Source of the DNA: Gammaproteobacteria bacterium
GTDB lineage: Bacteria > Pseudomonadota > Gammaproteobacteria > Chromatiales > Chromatiaceae
DNA: 64,000 nt
Assembly: GCA_021773975.1 (NCBI GenBank)
Contig: JAJFJN010000012.1
Location: forward strand, 299-64,298
Direction: 5' to 3'
Notes under the pieces: model-generated
The model's input: the letters and a program-made list of their open reading frames with translations, nothing else
Database searches by the model: none
What the model was told of the DNA's origin: nothing
Shown: positions 38,564 to 47,374 of the stretch, in pieces
How positions within the stretch are numbered: the first letter of the stretch is position 1
Layout: every line of letters begins with the position of its first letter
Position numbers and translations under genes: made by a program

Positions 38564-39748
38564 ATGAAGCAACTCAAGTTACTTCATGCATTACTGTGGC
38601 TTTTTACTGCCCTGCCCTTCACCCTATTTCTTTCAACAGCAAGCTATGCTGAAGACACACCTTTCCGCATTAATTTCGTTACGAACTATAAGTCATTTCA
38701 ATTCAAAGCACAGGAAGAACTCATAAAAAGTAGCAAGGCAATCATGCCTGGTGAAATAGAAGCGCTTATTAACGATGCAATGTCGGCAGAAATCAGCCTA
38801 GGGCAAAAAATGTTTATGCTGGATGCTGCCAATGCTATGGCCAGCGGTTACAACCACTATCATGGTGGGGGGAAAAAATTACTTCGCAAAATCAACAAAC
38901 TCATAAAAGAAGAGCTAGAAAAAGAGAAAGCAAAAAATGCAGAATTAATGAAGTGGAATGATGAAGAGCGTTTTCTTGGTAACTTTGTCATGAAAACCCG
39001 TGAAAAAGAGATGGCCGAAAAAGGACTCGCTCCTGTCATCTACCCTCATTGGGTGCATCGTATCTGGTTTGAATGCAAAGTCTGTCACCAAGACATCTTT
39101 ATTATGAAGCGGTGGCGTAATGACATCACCCAAGCAAAAATTGAAGCCGGACAGCAATGCGGAAAATGCCACAATGGTGAACTTGCCTTTGGCGTTAAAG
39201 ATAACTGTGACCGCTGTCACCTCGCAGGAAAGCCAGAAGCTGACAAACTACATAATGCAAAGCGTGTTGACCATAAGGCTATAAAAGAAGTTGCTAAAAA
39301 AGTAGGTGCCGAATGGAATTTTGACAAACTTCCCAACGGCCAGCTTCCTGTCGATCGCTTTGGATTTATCGATTGGTTAAATATGAAAAAAGTGGGGGTA
39401 TTCAAACCAATACACTCGCTAAATGAAAATTATAAACCTGAAACCAGGGACAATATAATTCTCTTTGAATCTAAAAGTAAGGCGAAAAATGTTCTTTTTA
39501 GCCACGACGTACATTCAAGCTGGATCAAATGCTCATCCTGCCATCCTGAAGTTTTTACTAAAACATTAACCAACAATGTAAAAATGGTCAGGATGTCAAA
39601 GGGACAGTACTGCGGCCACTGCCACGGCAAGGTCTCTTTTACATTTGCAGACTGCACACGCTGTCATATGCAGGAAAAAGGAGTCATGGTTGACGGCGCC
39701 CTACTTCATAAAGGAAAACCTAAAAAGAAGAAAAAGAAGAAACCCTAA
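38564..39748 (+). CDS. Periplasmic hexahaem cytochrome: N-terminal helical domain plus two c7-type trihaem domains and a poly-Lys tail
   Basis: Signal peptide ending SYA/E. Six motifs: CKVCH, CGKCH, CDRCH, CSSCH, CGHCH and CTRCH. The C-terminus reads KGKPKKKKKKKP. Confidence 0.8.
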   Translation: MKQLKLLHALLWLFTALPFTLFLSTASYAEDTPFRINFVTNYKSFQFKAQEELIKSSKAIMPGEIEALINDAMSAEISLGQKMFMLDAANAMASGYNHYHGGGKKLLRKINKLIKEELEKEKAKNAELMKWNDEERFLGNFVMKTREKEMAEKGLAPVIYPHWVHRIWFECKVCHQDIFIMKRWRNDITQAKIEAGQQCGKCHNGELAFGVKDNCDRCHLAGKPEADKLHNAKRVDHKAIKEVAKKVGAEWNFDKLPNGQLPVDRFGFIDWLNMKKVGVFKPIHSLNENYKPETRDNIILFESKSKAKNVLFSHDVHSSWIKCSSCHPEVFTKTLTNNVKMVRMSKGQYCGHCHGKVSFTFADCTRCHMQEKGVMVDGALLHKGKPKKKKKKKP

Positions 39749-39772
39749 ATTTCACACAACGAGGTCATTATT

Positions 39773-40195
39773 ATGAGCGACACAATCAACCATCCAGAAG
39801 ACATCCGCTTCTACAAAAAACTTATACGACTAACTGACCAACAACTTGCATCGATCCATAAGAATCTTGCAAGAGATGCTAGTTTCTTCCATAAACATCT
39901 ATTTCTATTTCGAAATGTTCTTTTCAAAAAAACCATTCTTAAACTGCTAACTCAGAAAGAAGCTCGGGTCGATGAAAAAGAAGCACTTAATGAAATGATG
40001 GCCGAACTAAAGTTTATAGAAGCAGATAATAATGAATGGAAAACGCATGGCAAAGATGAGATTGATTACATTCGGATAATGGTTCATGGTTTGCGTGATA
40101 TCTCAGGTGAAGAAGTTAAAGAAGAAACCGAAACAAAAGGAGAGAAAAAAGCAAGCAAGCTCACATACCGGCTCAAGATCAACGAATGTAGTTAA
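39773..40195 (+). CDS. Hypothetical protein without a signal peptide inside the cytochrome operon
   Basis: 140 aa, SD GAGGT upstream, no Cys-rich or haem motif, acidic/basic helical C-terminus. No family recognised. Confidence 0.5.
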   Translation: MSDTINHPEDIRFYKKLIRLTDQQLASIHKNLARDASFFHKHLFLFRNVLFKKTILKLLTQKEARVDEKEALNEMMAELKFIEADNNEWKTHGKDEIDYIRIMVHGLRDISGEEVKEETETKGEKKASKLTYRLKINECS

Positions 40196-40227
40196 GTAAC
40201 GCTAACAAACAAATATTCAAGCATTTT

Positions 40228-41181
40228 ATGCTACATGCCACAAAATTCCTGTTTAGTTGCCTAATCCTATTATCAGCTAATGCCTACGCTGAATATGGCG
40301 ACATCATCTTAAACAGAACAGCTGATGCCATGCGTGAGGCAGAGGTTGATGATGTAGTCTTTCCCCATTGGTTCCATCGTATACGTTTTCGTTGCAGTGT
40401 ATGCCATGAAAATATATTTAAAATAAAAGCTGGCTCGAATGAAATTTCAATGTCTACCATCACAGAAGACAAACAAGCTTGCGGCGTATGCCATGATGGA
40501 CTGGTTGCTTGGGAACCACTTGAATGTGAGCGCTGCCACGCACTAGAAGAGGGCTGGAGTTCTGGTGCTATTCAGCATTCCATCCGAGAAGATGAAAAAA
40601 AGAACATTTTACTTGGAATTGTTGGAACAGTTGCCAAGCCCTACTCAAAATTCATGGAAATTGGCACGGGCTGGCATCCTTTGGCTCTAGCTAAAAGTGG
40701 GTTACCACTCGACAAATATGGCCTTGTAAACTGGGCCGATGCCGTACGCAAAAAAATAGTTAACCCACTATGGAGCCTCAACCCAGAAGATGATATTTCA
40801 GAGCACGAGCTAAGAGATACAAATATTCTATTTACAGCTAAAGGAGATAGCATGCCTGATGTTATCTTCCCGCATGACATCCATAGCTATTGGCTAGAAT
40901 GTAAAATTTGTCACGGCACACAAGATGGCCCTATGTTTATTAAAGAATTAGGAGCCAATAATGTAACCATGATGGAAATTGGCCAGGGAAAATGGTGTGC
41001 CAGATGTCATGACAAAATTGCATTCCCCATAAGCGATTGCAATCGCTGCCATAACCACCCAAAGGGCAAACCAATTTCCAATAGCGTATTAATACGCCCT
41101 CTTAAGGTAGCTCCACCCCCTACTCTTCCCCCCATTGATGAACCTGCACAGCAAAATTCTGTTGATAGCGATTTTTTCTAG
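40228..41181 (+). CDS. Periplasmic hexahaem cytochrome (two c7-type domains), paralogue of 36251-37264
   Basis: Signal peptide ending AYA/E. Six motifs: CSVCH, CGVCH, CERCH, CKICH, CARCH and CNRCH. It shares VVFPHWFHRIRFRC.VCHE with the first paralogue. The C-terminus is Pro-rich (KVAPPPTLPPIDEPAQ). Confidence 0.8.
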   Translation: MLHATKFLFSCLILLSANAYAEYGDIILNRTADAMREAEVDDVVFPHWFHRIRFRCSVCHENIFKIKAGSNEISMSTITEDKQACGVCHDGLVAWEPLECERCHALEEGWSSGAIQHSIREDEKKNILLGIVGTVAKPYSKFMEIGTGWHPLALAKSGLPLDKYGLVNWADAVRKKIVNPLWSLNPEDDISEHELRDTNILFTAKGDSMPDVIFPHDIHSYWLECKICHGTQDGPMFIKELGANNVTMMEIGQGKWCARCHDKIAFPISDCNRCHNHPKGKPISNSVLIRPLKVAPPPTLPPIDEPAQQNSVDSDFF

Positions 41182-41259
41182 ATCAAAAAGTACAAAAGCC
41201 ATACAATGTCCCGCTTATAATCATCCAACAGCCATCTTTAGTTACGAGAAATACACATA

Positions 41260-41604
41260 ATGACCAGAGTATTACAGTCCATAGCGCTTTTCGTAGCTTT
41301 AACTACCCAAGCATTAGCAATTGATACAATTAACATTATCTTTGACTCAAAGGTAAGTAGTATGAAAGAAGCGGGCTTAGGAGCTGTCACATATCCGCAT
41401 AAGTTACACGAAGAACTCTATCAGTGTGATGATTGCCACCCAAGAATATTCATCGAAAAAAAGGGCGGGAATGACGTCAATATGCAAAAAAACATGACTG
41501 AACAATATTGTGGTTTTTCAGGGTGTCACAATAGCGCATACGCTTTTCCATTATATCTTTGTGACTACTGCCATGAGGTTTTACCAACTGCAGGTAAGAA
41601 ATAG
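41260..41604 (+). CDS. Periplasmic single-domain c7-type trihaem cytochrome
   Basis: 114 aa with a signal peptide ending ALA/I. The pattern is VTYPHKLHEELYQCDDCH ... YCGFSGCH ... CDYCH. The middle site is CX4CH rather than CXXCH. Confidence 0.75.
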   Translation: MTRVLQSIALFVALTTQALAIDTINIIFDSKVSSMKEAGLGAVTYPHKLHEELYQCDDCHPRIFIEKKGGNDVNMQKNMTEQYCGFSGCHNSAYAFPLYLCDYCHEVLPTAGKK

Positions 41605-41848
41605 ATATAAAAACCACTTACACGATAAACCTCTAGAATCGCATAATAATGCTCACCAACGCCTACACTTCGCTATATTTCGCCATTTCAAATAGACTTG
41701 GTTTATAACCTCTAATATCATTTCTTAGCATTCCCCCCACCTCTCATTCATCGCTACACCCCTGGTACTTAGCTCTGCTTAACTTACTATCTACAACAAC
41801 CCGCCTTATTAATTATGAATTTCTGGTGTTTTTTCATAAACAAACCTA

Positions 41849-42517
41849 ATGAATAATAACAATCCAATGCTCAATAAATCAGATTTAATGATGTTTTTTC
41901 AAACGTTACTAGATGCCTATGGTGCTCAAGAATGGTGGCCAGGTGAAACGACATTTGAAGTAATAATTGGAGCCATTCTGACTCAAAACACAGCTTGGCC
42001 AAATGTTGAAAAAGCAATCAAAAACCTAAAGCGAGCAGATATCTTTTCTGAGGCAGCTCTGCTTGTTGCTTCCCATGATGAAGTAGCTCAACTGATTCGC
42101 CCCTCTGGTTACTTTAACATCAAGGCAACTCGCCTTAAGACATTTTGCACCTTTCTTCAGCAACAGGGAGGAGAGCAAGCCTTGAGACAACTGGAGACAA
42201 CAGCATTACGGAAGTTACTACTTAGCGTAAAAGGGATAGGCCCTGAAACAGCAGATGATATTCTTTTGTATGCATTTCAACGCCCAGTCTTTGTGATTGA
42301 TGCTTATACCCGCAGGATCTTTTCACGCCTTGGCAAAGTGGCGGGGGGTGAGCCTTATGAAGAACTGCGCGCAGAGTTCGAATTAGCGCTAGAGCCTGAT
42401 TCTGCCCTATTTAATGAATATCATGCATTAATTGTTTGTCATGCAAAACGCTTTTGTAAAAGCAAGCCAACGTGCATTGACTGTCCATTAAAAAGCTTAT
42501 GCACTATCCCTGAATAA
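41849..42517 (+). CDS. Endonuclease III-related HhH-GPD DNA glycosylase-family protein
   Basis: 222 aa with an HhH segment (LLSVKGIGPETADDILLYAF) and a C-terminal FeS loop CKSKPTCIDCPLKSLC. Confidence 0.75.
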   Translation: MNNNNPMLNKSDLMMFFQTLLDAYGAQEWWPGETTFEVIIGAILTQNTAWPNVEKAIKNLKRADIFSEAALLVASHDEVAQLIRPSGYFNIKATRLKTFCTFLQQQGGEQALRQLETTALRKLLLSVKGIGPETADDILLYAFQRPVFVIDAYTRRIFSRLGKVAGGEPYEELRAEFELALEPDSALFNEYHALIVCHAKRFCKSKPTCIDCPLKSLCTIPE

Positions 42518-43436
42518 CCTGATTACGCCCGCTGTTTTTTGCCTTATATAAGGCTTTATCTGTACGTTCAAACAAGCTGCTTAAGTTATCATTTTCATTA
42601 ACTGCTGACACGCCAAGGCTTGCCGTAATTTGCAATGTTCTATGCGGCGCAAATGAAAGTGCCTCTACTTTTTTTCTAATGCGCTCTGCTAACAGAGTGG
42701 CACCTTCCATCTCTGTGCAGCTAAGCATAATGAGAAACTCTTCTCCGCCGAAACGAAAGAACATATCACTGCCACGAATAGTTTCACTGACACATTGAGC
42801 CACTGCCTGTAAAACAAAGTCGCCACCGGCATGACCAAAATTATCATTTACTAATTTAAAGTGATCAATATCCAACAACATAATACACATTGGAGCGTTG
42901 TGGCGGTGTGACAGTTCTATCTCCCGCTTTAGCGCTGCATCCATTCCAGCTCGATTTCTAGCGCCTGTTAATGGATCAACAAGTGCCGATTGGAGTGCGC
43001 TATGGTAGAGAGTGGCATTGCGAAGTGGATAGACCAATGCACACAGTAAATTCTCAATAACTGCTAGCTCTTCTGTATTAAAAGGTGTTTTGCTAAAAAG
43101 TGTTAGCTCACCCAGCGAGTTATCTTCAATAACTAATTTGTAAGTACATTTGTGAGCTGATCGCTTGCCAATGAAAGTCTCTATTTCTTTGGCACTATTG
43201 TGATAGTGCATGCCCCGCTGTTGAATATCATGACTGAGTTCATCAGCAAACAGGGAGATAAGCTCCTGAACATCCAGGGTGGTTTGTAGCTTGCCACTAA
43301 GCTCTAGAGTCCGATGACCCAGTTGTGCAGCTAAGGCAGGCTCCATGTTCTGACTGGCATTAAGTGCAGCAACCGTACCCTGATAGCCTGAGGTAGCATG
43401 TGTTTGAATAGCCATATAATCGATCCTTTTCTCCAT
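42504..43436 (-). CDS. Diguanylate cyclase (GGDEF) with an N-terminal sensory (GAF-like) region
   Basis: 310 aa with the active site RFGGEEF and a DPLTGARNR linker. Confidence 0.8.
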   Translation of the reverse strand: MEKRIDYMAIQTHATSGYQGTVAALNASQNMEPALAAQLGHRTLELSGKLQTTLDVQELISLFADELSHDIQQRGMHYHNSAKEIETFIGKRSAHKCTYKLVIEDNSLGELTLFSKTPFNTEELAVIENLLCALVYPLRNATLYHSALQSALVDPLTGARNRAGMDAALKREIELSHRHNAPMCIMLLDIDHFKLVNDNFGHAGGDFVLQAVAQCVSETIRGSDMFFRFGGEEFLIMLSCTEMEGATLLAERIRKKVEALSFAPHRTLQITASLGVSAVNENDNLSSLFERTDKALYKAKNSGRNQVIQG

Positions 43437-43658
43437 CGAGTAAGTTTACATCTTGGGAAAAGAAATACAATATGCATGCCAACATCAATAAATCAATTAT
43501 TTTCAGTTGGTTAGAGTGGGAGTTTAATTCCGAGACAAATAAATGCCGCTTATTTTGATTGGTTAACGCGCATTACTGTTGTAGTAATGCCTAAAAAATG
43601 ACGCTCCTGTAAGGGAACTACTAAGAAAATTAGGATAGATATTTGAGAGACTTGATCT

Positions 43659-44417
43659 CTATTTTTGGAATTCCCATGTTTCAGCCTCTATTGCCTCTCC
43701 ATGTGTCCCAATGCTCTCTTGCCCCATTAACCATAGATAGAGCGGCATAAGTGCTTCTGGAGTCTTGACTGTATTTGGGTCTTCCCCAGGATATGATCCA
43801 GATCTGAGTAGGGTTCGAGTTGGACCTGGATTGATGCTATTCACACGGATATTACTGCTATCACGGGTCTCATCTGCCAACACCTGCATAAACCCTTCAA
43901 TACCAAATTTTGAGATGGCATAAGCGCCCCAATAAGCCTTGCCTTTACGACCTGTAGCGTCTGAAGTAAAAACTACAGAAGCATCTTTTGCTTTACGAAG
44001 TAACGGCATACAAGCCTGGGTAAGCATGAAGGGGGCATTAAGATTGACTTGCATCACTTTATAATAAGCCTTCAAGTCATAATCATCGATTCGAGCCAAT
44101 GCAGGTGACTGAGCTGCATTGTGAAGGATGCCTTCTAGCGAGCCGAACTCCTTCTCAACTGTTTCTGCCAGTTTATAACAATCAGTATCTTTAGCTGTTT
44201 CAAGATTCAATGGATAGATTGCAGGTTGTGGCCCTCCGGCATCATCAATCGCATCGTAAACCTTCTCCAATTTTGGAATGGTATGACCAAGCAAGATAAC
44301 CGTTGCGCCATACTTACCAAAGGTTTCAGCAGCAACGCGGCCAATGCCATCACCCGCTCCTGTTACCAAAATGGTGCGTCCGGCAAGTAGATCTTTTGGG
44401 GGATTGTAATTATTCAT
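43659..44417 (-). CDS. yciK: YciK-like short-chain dehydrogenase/reductase
   Basis: 252 aa with the N-terminus PKDLLAGRTILVTGAGDGIGRVAAETFGKYGATVILLG, typical of YciK. Confidence 0.8.
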   Translation of the reverse strand: MNNYNPPKDLLAGRTILVTGAGDGIGRVAAETFGKYGATVILLGHTIPKLEKVYDAIDDAGGPQPAIYPLNLETAKDTDCYKLAETVEKEFGSLEGILHNAAQSPALARIDDYDLKAYYKVMQVNLNAPFMLTQACMPLLRKAKDASVVFTSDATGRKGKAYWGAYAISKFGIEGFMQVLADETRDSSNIRVNSINPGPTRTLLRSGSYPGEDPNTVKTPEALMPLYLWLMGQESIGTHGEAIEAETWEFQK

Positions 44418-44461
44418 AGGTCTTATTCTAACGATACTGGAGTAAAGGTTCGAGTGATGAA

Positions 44462-45295
44462 TTATCTATATTGTCGATACATACGCCAGCTAACCCACAG
44501 TTTTTGCAGTGGGATTAAACTTGTGTGCTGAGTCAGTACGGAAAAATTTGTTCTTTCTAACTTAGATAACAGGCTGTTATGTGATGCAGCCAATGCCAGT
44601 GCAGGAATTAGAGCTGGATACTTATTGTCTAGCAACTCATTATGTATCGATATATTCCACTCTTTTGCAACTACAGCAAGCTTTATTAGAGTGGCCTGCA
44701 ATGCTTTTTCATTTTCAGGCTTAGCAAGTTGTGTGGGCTGAATCTCGTGCTGCTTCATTATATCAAGTGGCAGAAAACAGCCTCCCAGTTGAAAATCCTG
44801 TCCAACATTTTTAATTATCTCTATAAGCCGAATATAAGCACCCAGTTGCCTCGAACACATCAACTCCTGCTCATTGCCTCCACATATTCTGGTAACCAGC
44901 TGTAGTAGATTGCCACTGCCTAGTTGTCCATAATCTTTTAGTGCAGATATATCCTTTGGAATAACACCCCTAATTTCCATCTCTACCGCATCTGCCATCT
45001 CAATGAATGCTTGGGGTGGCAACTGAAAAGAGTTCGCAGCCTCTGCAAGCAGGATAAGCAAAGGGTGTTGTGTCTGACCATTTAGCGCCCTGGATAATTC
45101 ATCCCGATACCATTGAAGCTTAGTTAGAGCTACCCCTGGATCAGTGCCGCGATAATAGATAGATTGCAGTTCCCACTGCCATTCAAATATTAATGCAACA
45201 TGATTGCGTAGATTAGCAGGAGCCATACGAACAGCGTAATAACGGCTTGAGCCAGGTGCTGTTGCCCTAGCTGAAAAGCAATATCCATCATTCAC
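44462..45295 (-). CDS. Squalene/phytoene synthase-family protein
   Basis: 277 aa, all-helical, with an N-terminal SSRYYAVRMAP...ALIFEWQWELQSI pattern like the trans-isoprenyl diphosphate synthase head-to-head family. Function not assigned. Confidence 0.6.
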   Translation of the reverse strand: MNDGYCFSARATAPGSSRYYAVRMAPANLRNHVALIFEWQWELQSIYYRGTDPGVALTKLQWYRDELSRALNGQTQHPLLILLAEAANSFQLPPQAFIEMADAVEMEIRGVIPKDISALKDYGQLGSGNLLQLVTRICGGNEQELMCSRQLGAYIRLIEIIKNVGQDFQLGGCFLPLDIMKQHEIQPTQLAKPENEKALQATLIKLAVVAKEWNISIHNELLDNKYPALIPALALAASHNSLLSKLERTNFSVLTQHTSLIPLQKLWVSWRMYRQYR

Positions 45296-45995
45296 TAGAA
45301 TGACCTATATCCAGCCACTCTAATATCTGCTCTGGATGATCTACAGCACCATCTGCACCCCACGTTTCAGGCTGATCATCAGACCCAAGATACCCAAAAA
45401 GAGCAACCAGTGTGGCAGTGCCTGCATTAATACCTGATTCAATATCACGCTGCGCATCGCCAACATAAAGGCATTCCCTGGGATTGTGTCCGCCTGCAAG
45501 TTTGCAGCCATAAAGAATTGGTTCTGGGTGTGGCTTACTGTTAGCCGTTGTATCACCACTGACAACACAAGCGGCACGATCCATCAGCCCCATACTTTTA
45601 ATCAGAGGGTCAGTAAATCTAGCGGGCTTGTTTGTAACAATACCCCAGGCAATGTCCTGTTGTTCCAGCTGTTGAAGCACCGCCTCCATGCCGGGAAAAA
45701 GCGTAGTCTCCCGATGAATATTTGCACTATAGGTCTGTAGCAAATCCTGTAATAACGGATCAAAACCTTCATTATCTGAGGTAAGACCAAAGCCCAAACG
45801 AATTAATGCTGAAGCGCCATGGGAAACCTTTGGTTTTATTTGCTCATAGGGAAGAGGGCTTCGGCCATGCTTCTCCAGCGTCTGATTTAATGCATAAGCT
45901 AAATCAGGGGCCGTATCAGCAAGAGTGCCATCCAGGTCAAAAAGGACGACACGTATCTGTTTTGCTGTTGTCACAGATAAAGTGTTACTCATCAA
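45288..45995 (-). CDS. gph: Phosphoglycolate phosphatase (HAD superfamily)
   Basis: 235 aa with [21 protein letters not shown] and the [10 protein letters not shown] motif. Confidence 0.8.
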   Translation of the reverse strand: MMSNTLSVTTAKQIRVVLFDLDGTLADTAPDLAYALNQTLEKHGRSPLPYEQIKPKVSHGASALIRLGFGLTSDNEGFDPLLQDLLQTYSANIHRETTLFPGMEAVLQQLEQQDIAWGIVTNKPARFTDPLIKSMGLMDRAACVVSGDTTANSKPHPEPILYGCKLAGGHNPRECLYVGDAQRDIESGINAGTATLVALFGYLGSDDQPETWGADGAVDHPEQILEWLDIGHSSE

Positions 45996-46701
45996 TATTT
46001 TTACGGCAACTCACCATGTAGTTAACACTGATATCAGGGCCAAGGCTATATTTTTGACTGAATGGGTTATAGACCAGCCCGGTAATTTCATCTGTATCTA
46101 ACTCCGCTGCACGTATCCAAACATCCAGCTCCGCAGGGCGTATGAATTTTGAAAACTCATGTGTGCCTTTAGGGAGTAGTTTGAGAAGGTATTCAGCACC
46201 AATAATGGCAAATAGATAAGCTTTGGGGTTTCTATTAAGGGTAGAGAAAAATAGGTGCCCGCCAGGTTTTGTCAGTTTTGCGCAGGCTTTAATAATCGAC
46301 TCTGGATCAGGCACATGCTCTAACATCTCCATACAGGTGACGATATCAAATGATTCTGGTAGCTCTTCTGCCAGTTGCTCAACCGGGATACGTTTGTAAT
46401 CAACATCCACACCAGACTCCAATAGATGCAAACGTGCGACCTCCAGTGGTGCTTCACCCATATCAATGCCGCTTACGGTAGCGCCCCGCTGAGCCATGCT
46501 TTCAGCAAGAATGCCTCCGCCGCAGCCAACATCCAAAACCTTCTTCCCCGTTAGCTTTGCAGTTTGATCAATGAAATTCAGGCGAAGCGGGTTGATCTCA
46601 TGCAGTGGTTTGAATTCACTATTGGCATCCCACCAGCGATGGGCAAGCTCTTCAAATTTCTTGATTTCTGCTTCATCAACATTGATGGCGCTGTTGCTCA
46701 T
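45985..46701 (-). CDS. ubiG: Ubiquinone biosynthesis O-methyltransferase
   Basis: 238 aa with [10 protein letters not shown]...[15 protein letters not shown] and the SAM motif [13 protein letters not shown]. Confidence 0.9.
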   Translation of the reverse strand: MSNSAINVDEAEIKKFEELAHRWWDANSEFKPLHEINPLRLNFIDQTAKLTGKKVLDVGCGGGILAESMAQRGATVSGIDMGEAPLEVARLHLLESGVDVDYKRIPVEQLAEELPESFDIVTCMEMLEHVPDPESIIKACAKLTKPGGHLFFSTLNRNPKAYLFAIIGAEYLLKLLPKGTHEFSKFIRPAELDVWIRAAELDTDEITGLVYNPFSQKYSLGPDISVNYMVSCRKNIDE

Positions 46702-46804
46702 GATCTCTACTGCCTATGCCTGAAAAATGCGAAATTATACCTGTTTGGAAGGCGTGTTGGACAATATTTAACCCTGTAGTAGTAACAGATTACGATAAAC
46801 AACC

Positions 46805-47374
46805 CTACCCTGCTTTAGCTGGCTTTACTTTCACTCCATTGGCAAACTTTGCAACCAGCACACCTGCAGCCATGCCTGAAGCATGCCCAATCCACGAAAT
46901 ATGTGGCCTGACATCCACTAAACCTATGATTAAACCGCCATATAAAAAGACGGTTACTGTAGCCAGTATTATATTTTTAGGGGAGCGCGAATAGTAGGCA
47001 TCAGCCAGGAGATAGGCCCAATAGCCAAACACAACGCCACTGGCACCTGCATGGTAAGCACTGGAGCCAAAGCCCCAAGTCCCCAGGCCGCCAACAATAA
47101 CCAGTAGGAGCGTAACCTCCCAAAACAGTACGCGCCCTTTACTTTGGATTAACCAGCCAAGTAGAAGGAATGGCACAGAATTGCCCAACAGATGCCAAAC
47201 TCCATGATGTATCCAGGGTGCAAGAACTATGTGCCATAGCCCACCTGTGGTGCGTGGAACAATACCGTAGGCTCCAAGCTCAAAACCCAGGAAGGTTTGT
47301 GCAACCTGAATTACCCACATCAATATCAGTAGATAAAATGCATCAGGGATGCGCAGGGTAGCTATTTTAGACAC
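46805..47374 (-). CDS. Rhomboid-family intramembrane serine protease
   Basis: 189 aa, 6 TM, with HLLGNSVPFLLLG and the catalytic GASGVVFG. Confidence 0.75.
   Translation of the reverse strand: MSKIATLRIPDAFYLLILMWVIQVAQTFLGFELGAYGIVPRTTGGLWHIVLAPWIHHGVWHLLGNSVPFLLLGWLIQSKGRVLFWEVTLLLVIVGGLGTWGFGSSAYHAGASGVVFGYWAYLLADAYYSRSPKNIILATVTVFLYGGLIIGLVDVRPHISWIGHASGMAAGVLVAKFANGVKVKPAKAG

Noticed and set aside
30741-41604. Interpretation as an Mtr/Pcc-type porin-cytochrome conduit for extracellular electron transfer
   Set aside because: No beta-barrel outer-membrane protein gene and no decahaem MtrA/MtrC-like protein is present. The only non-cytochrome exported protein is predicted all-helical. An outer-membrane partner encoded elsewhere cannot be excluded.
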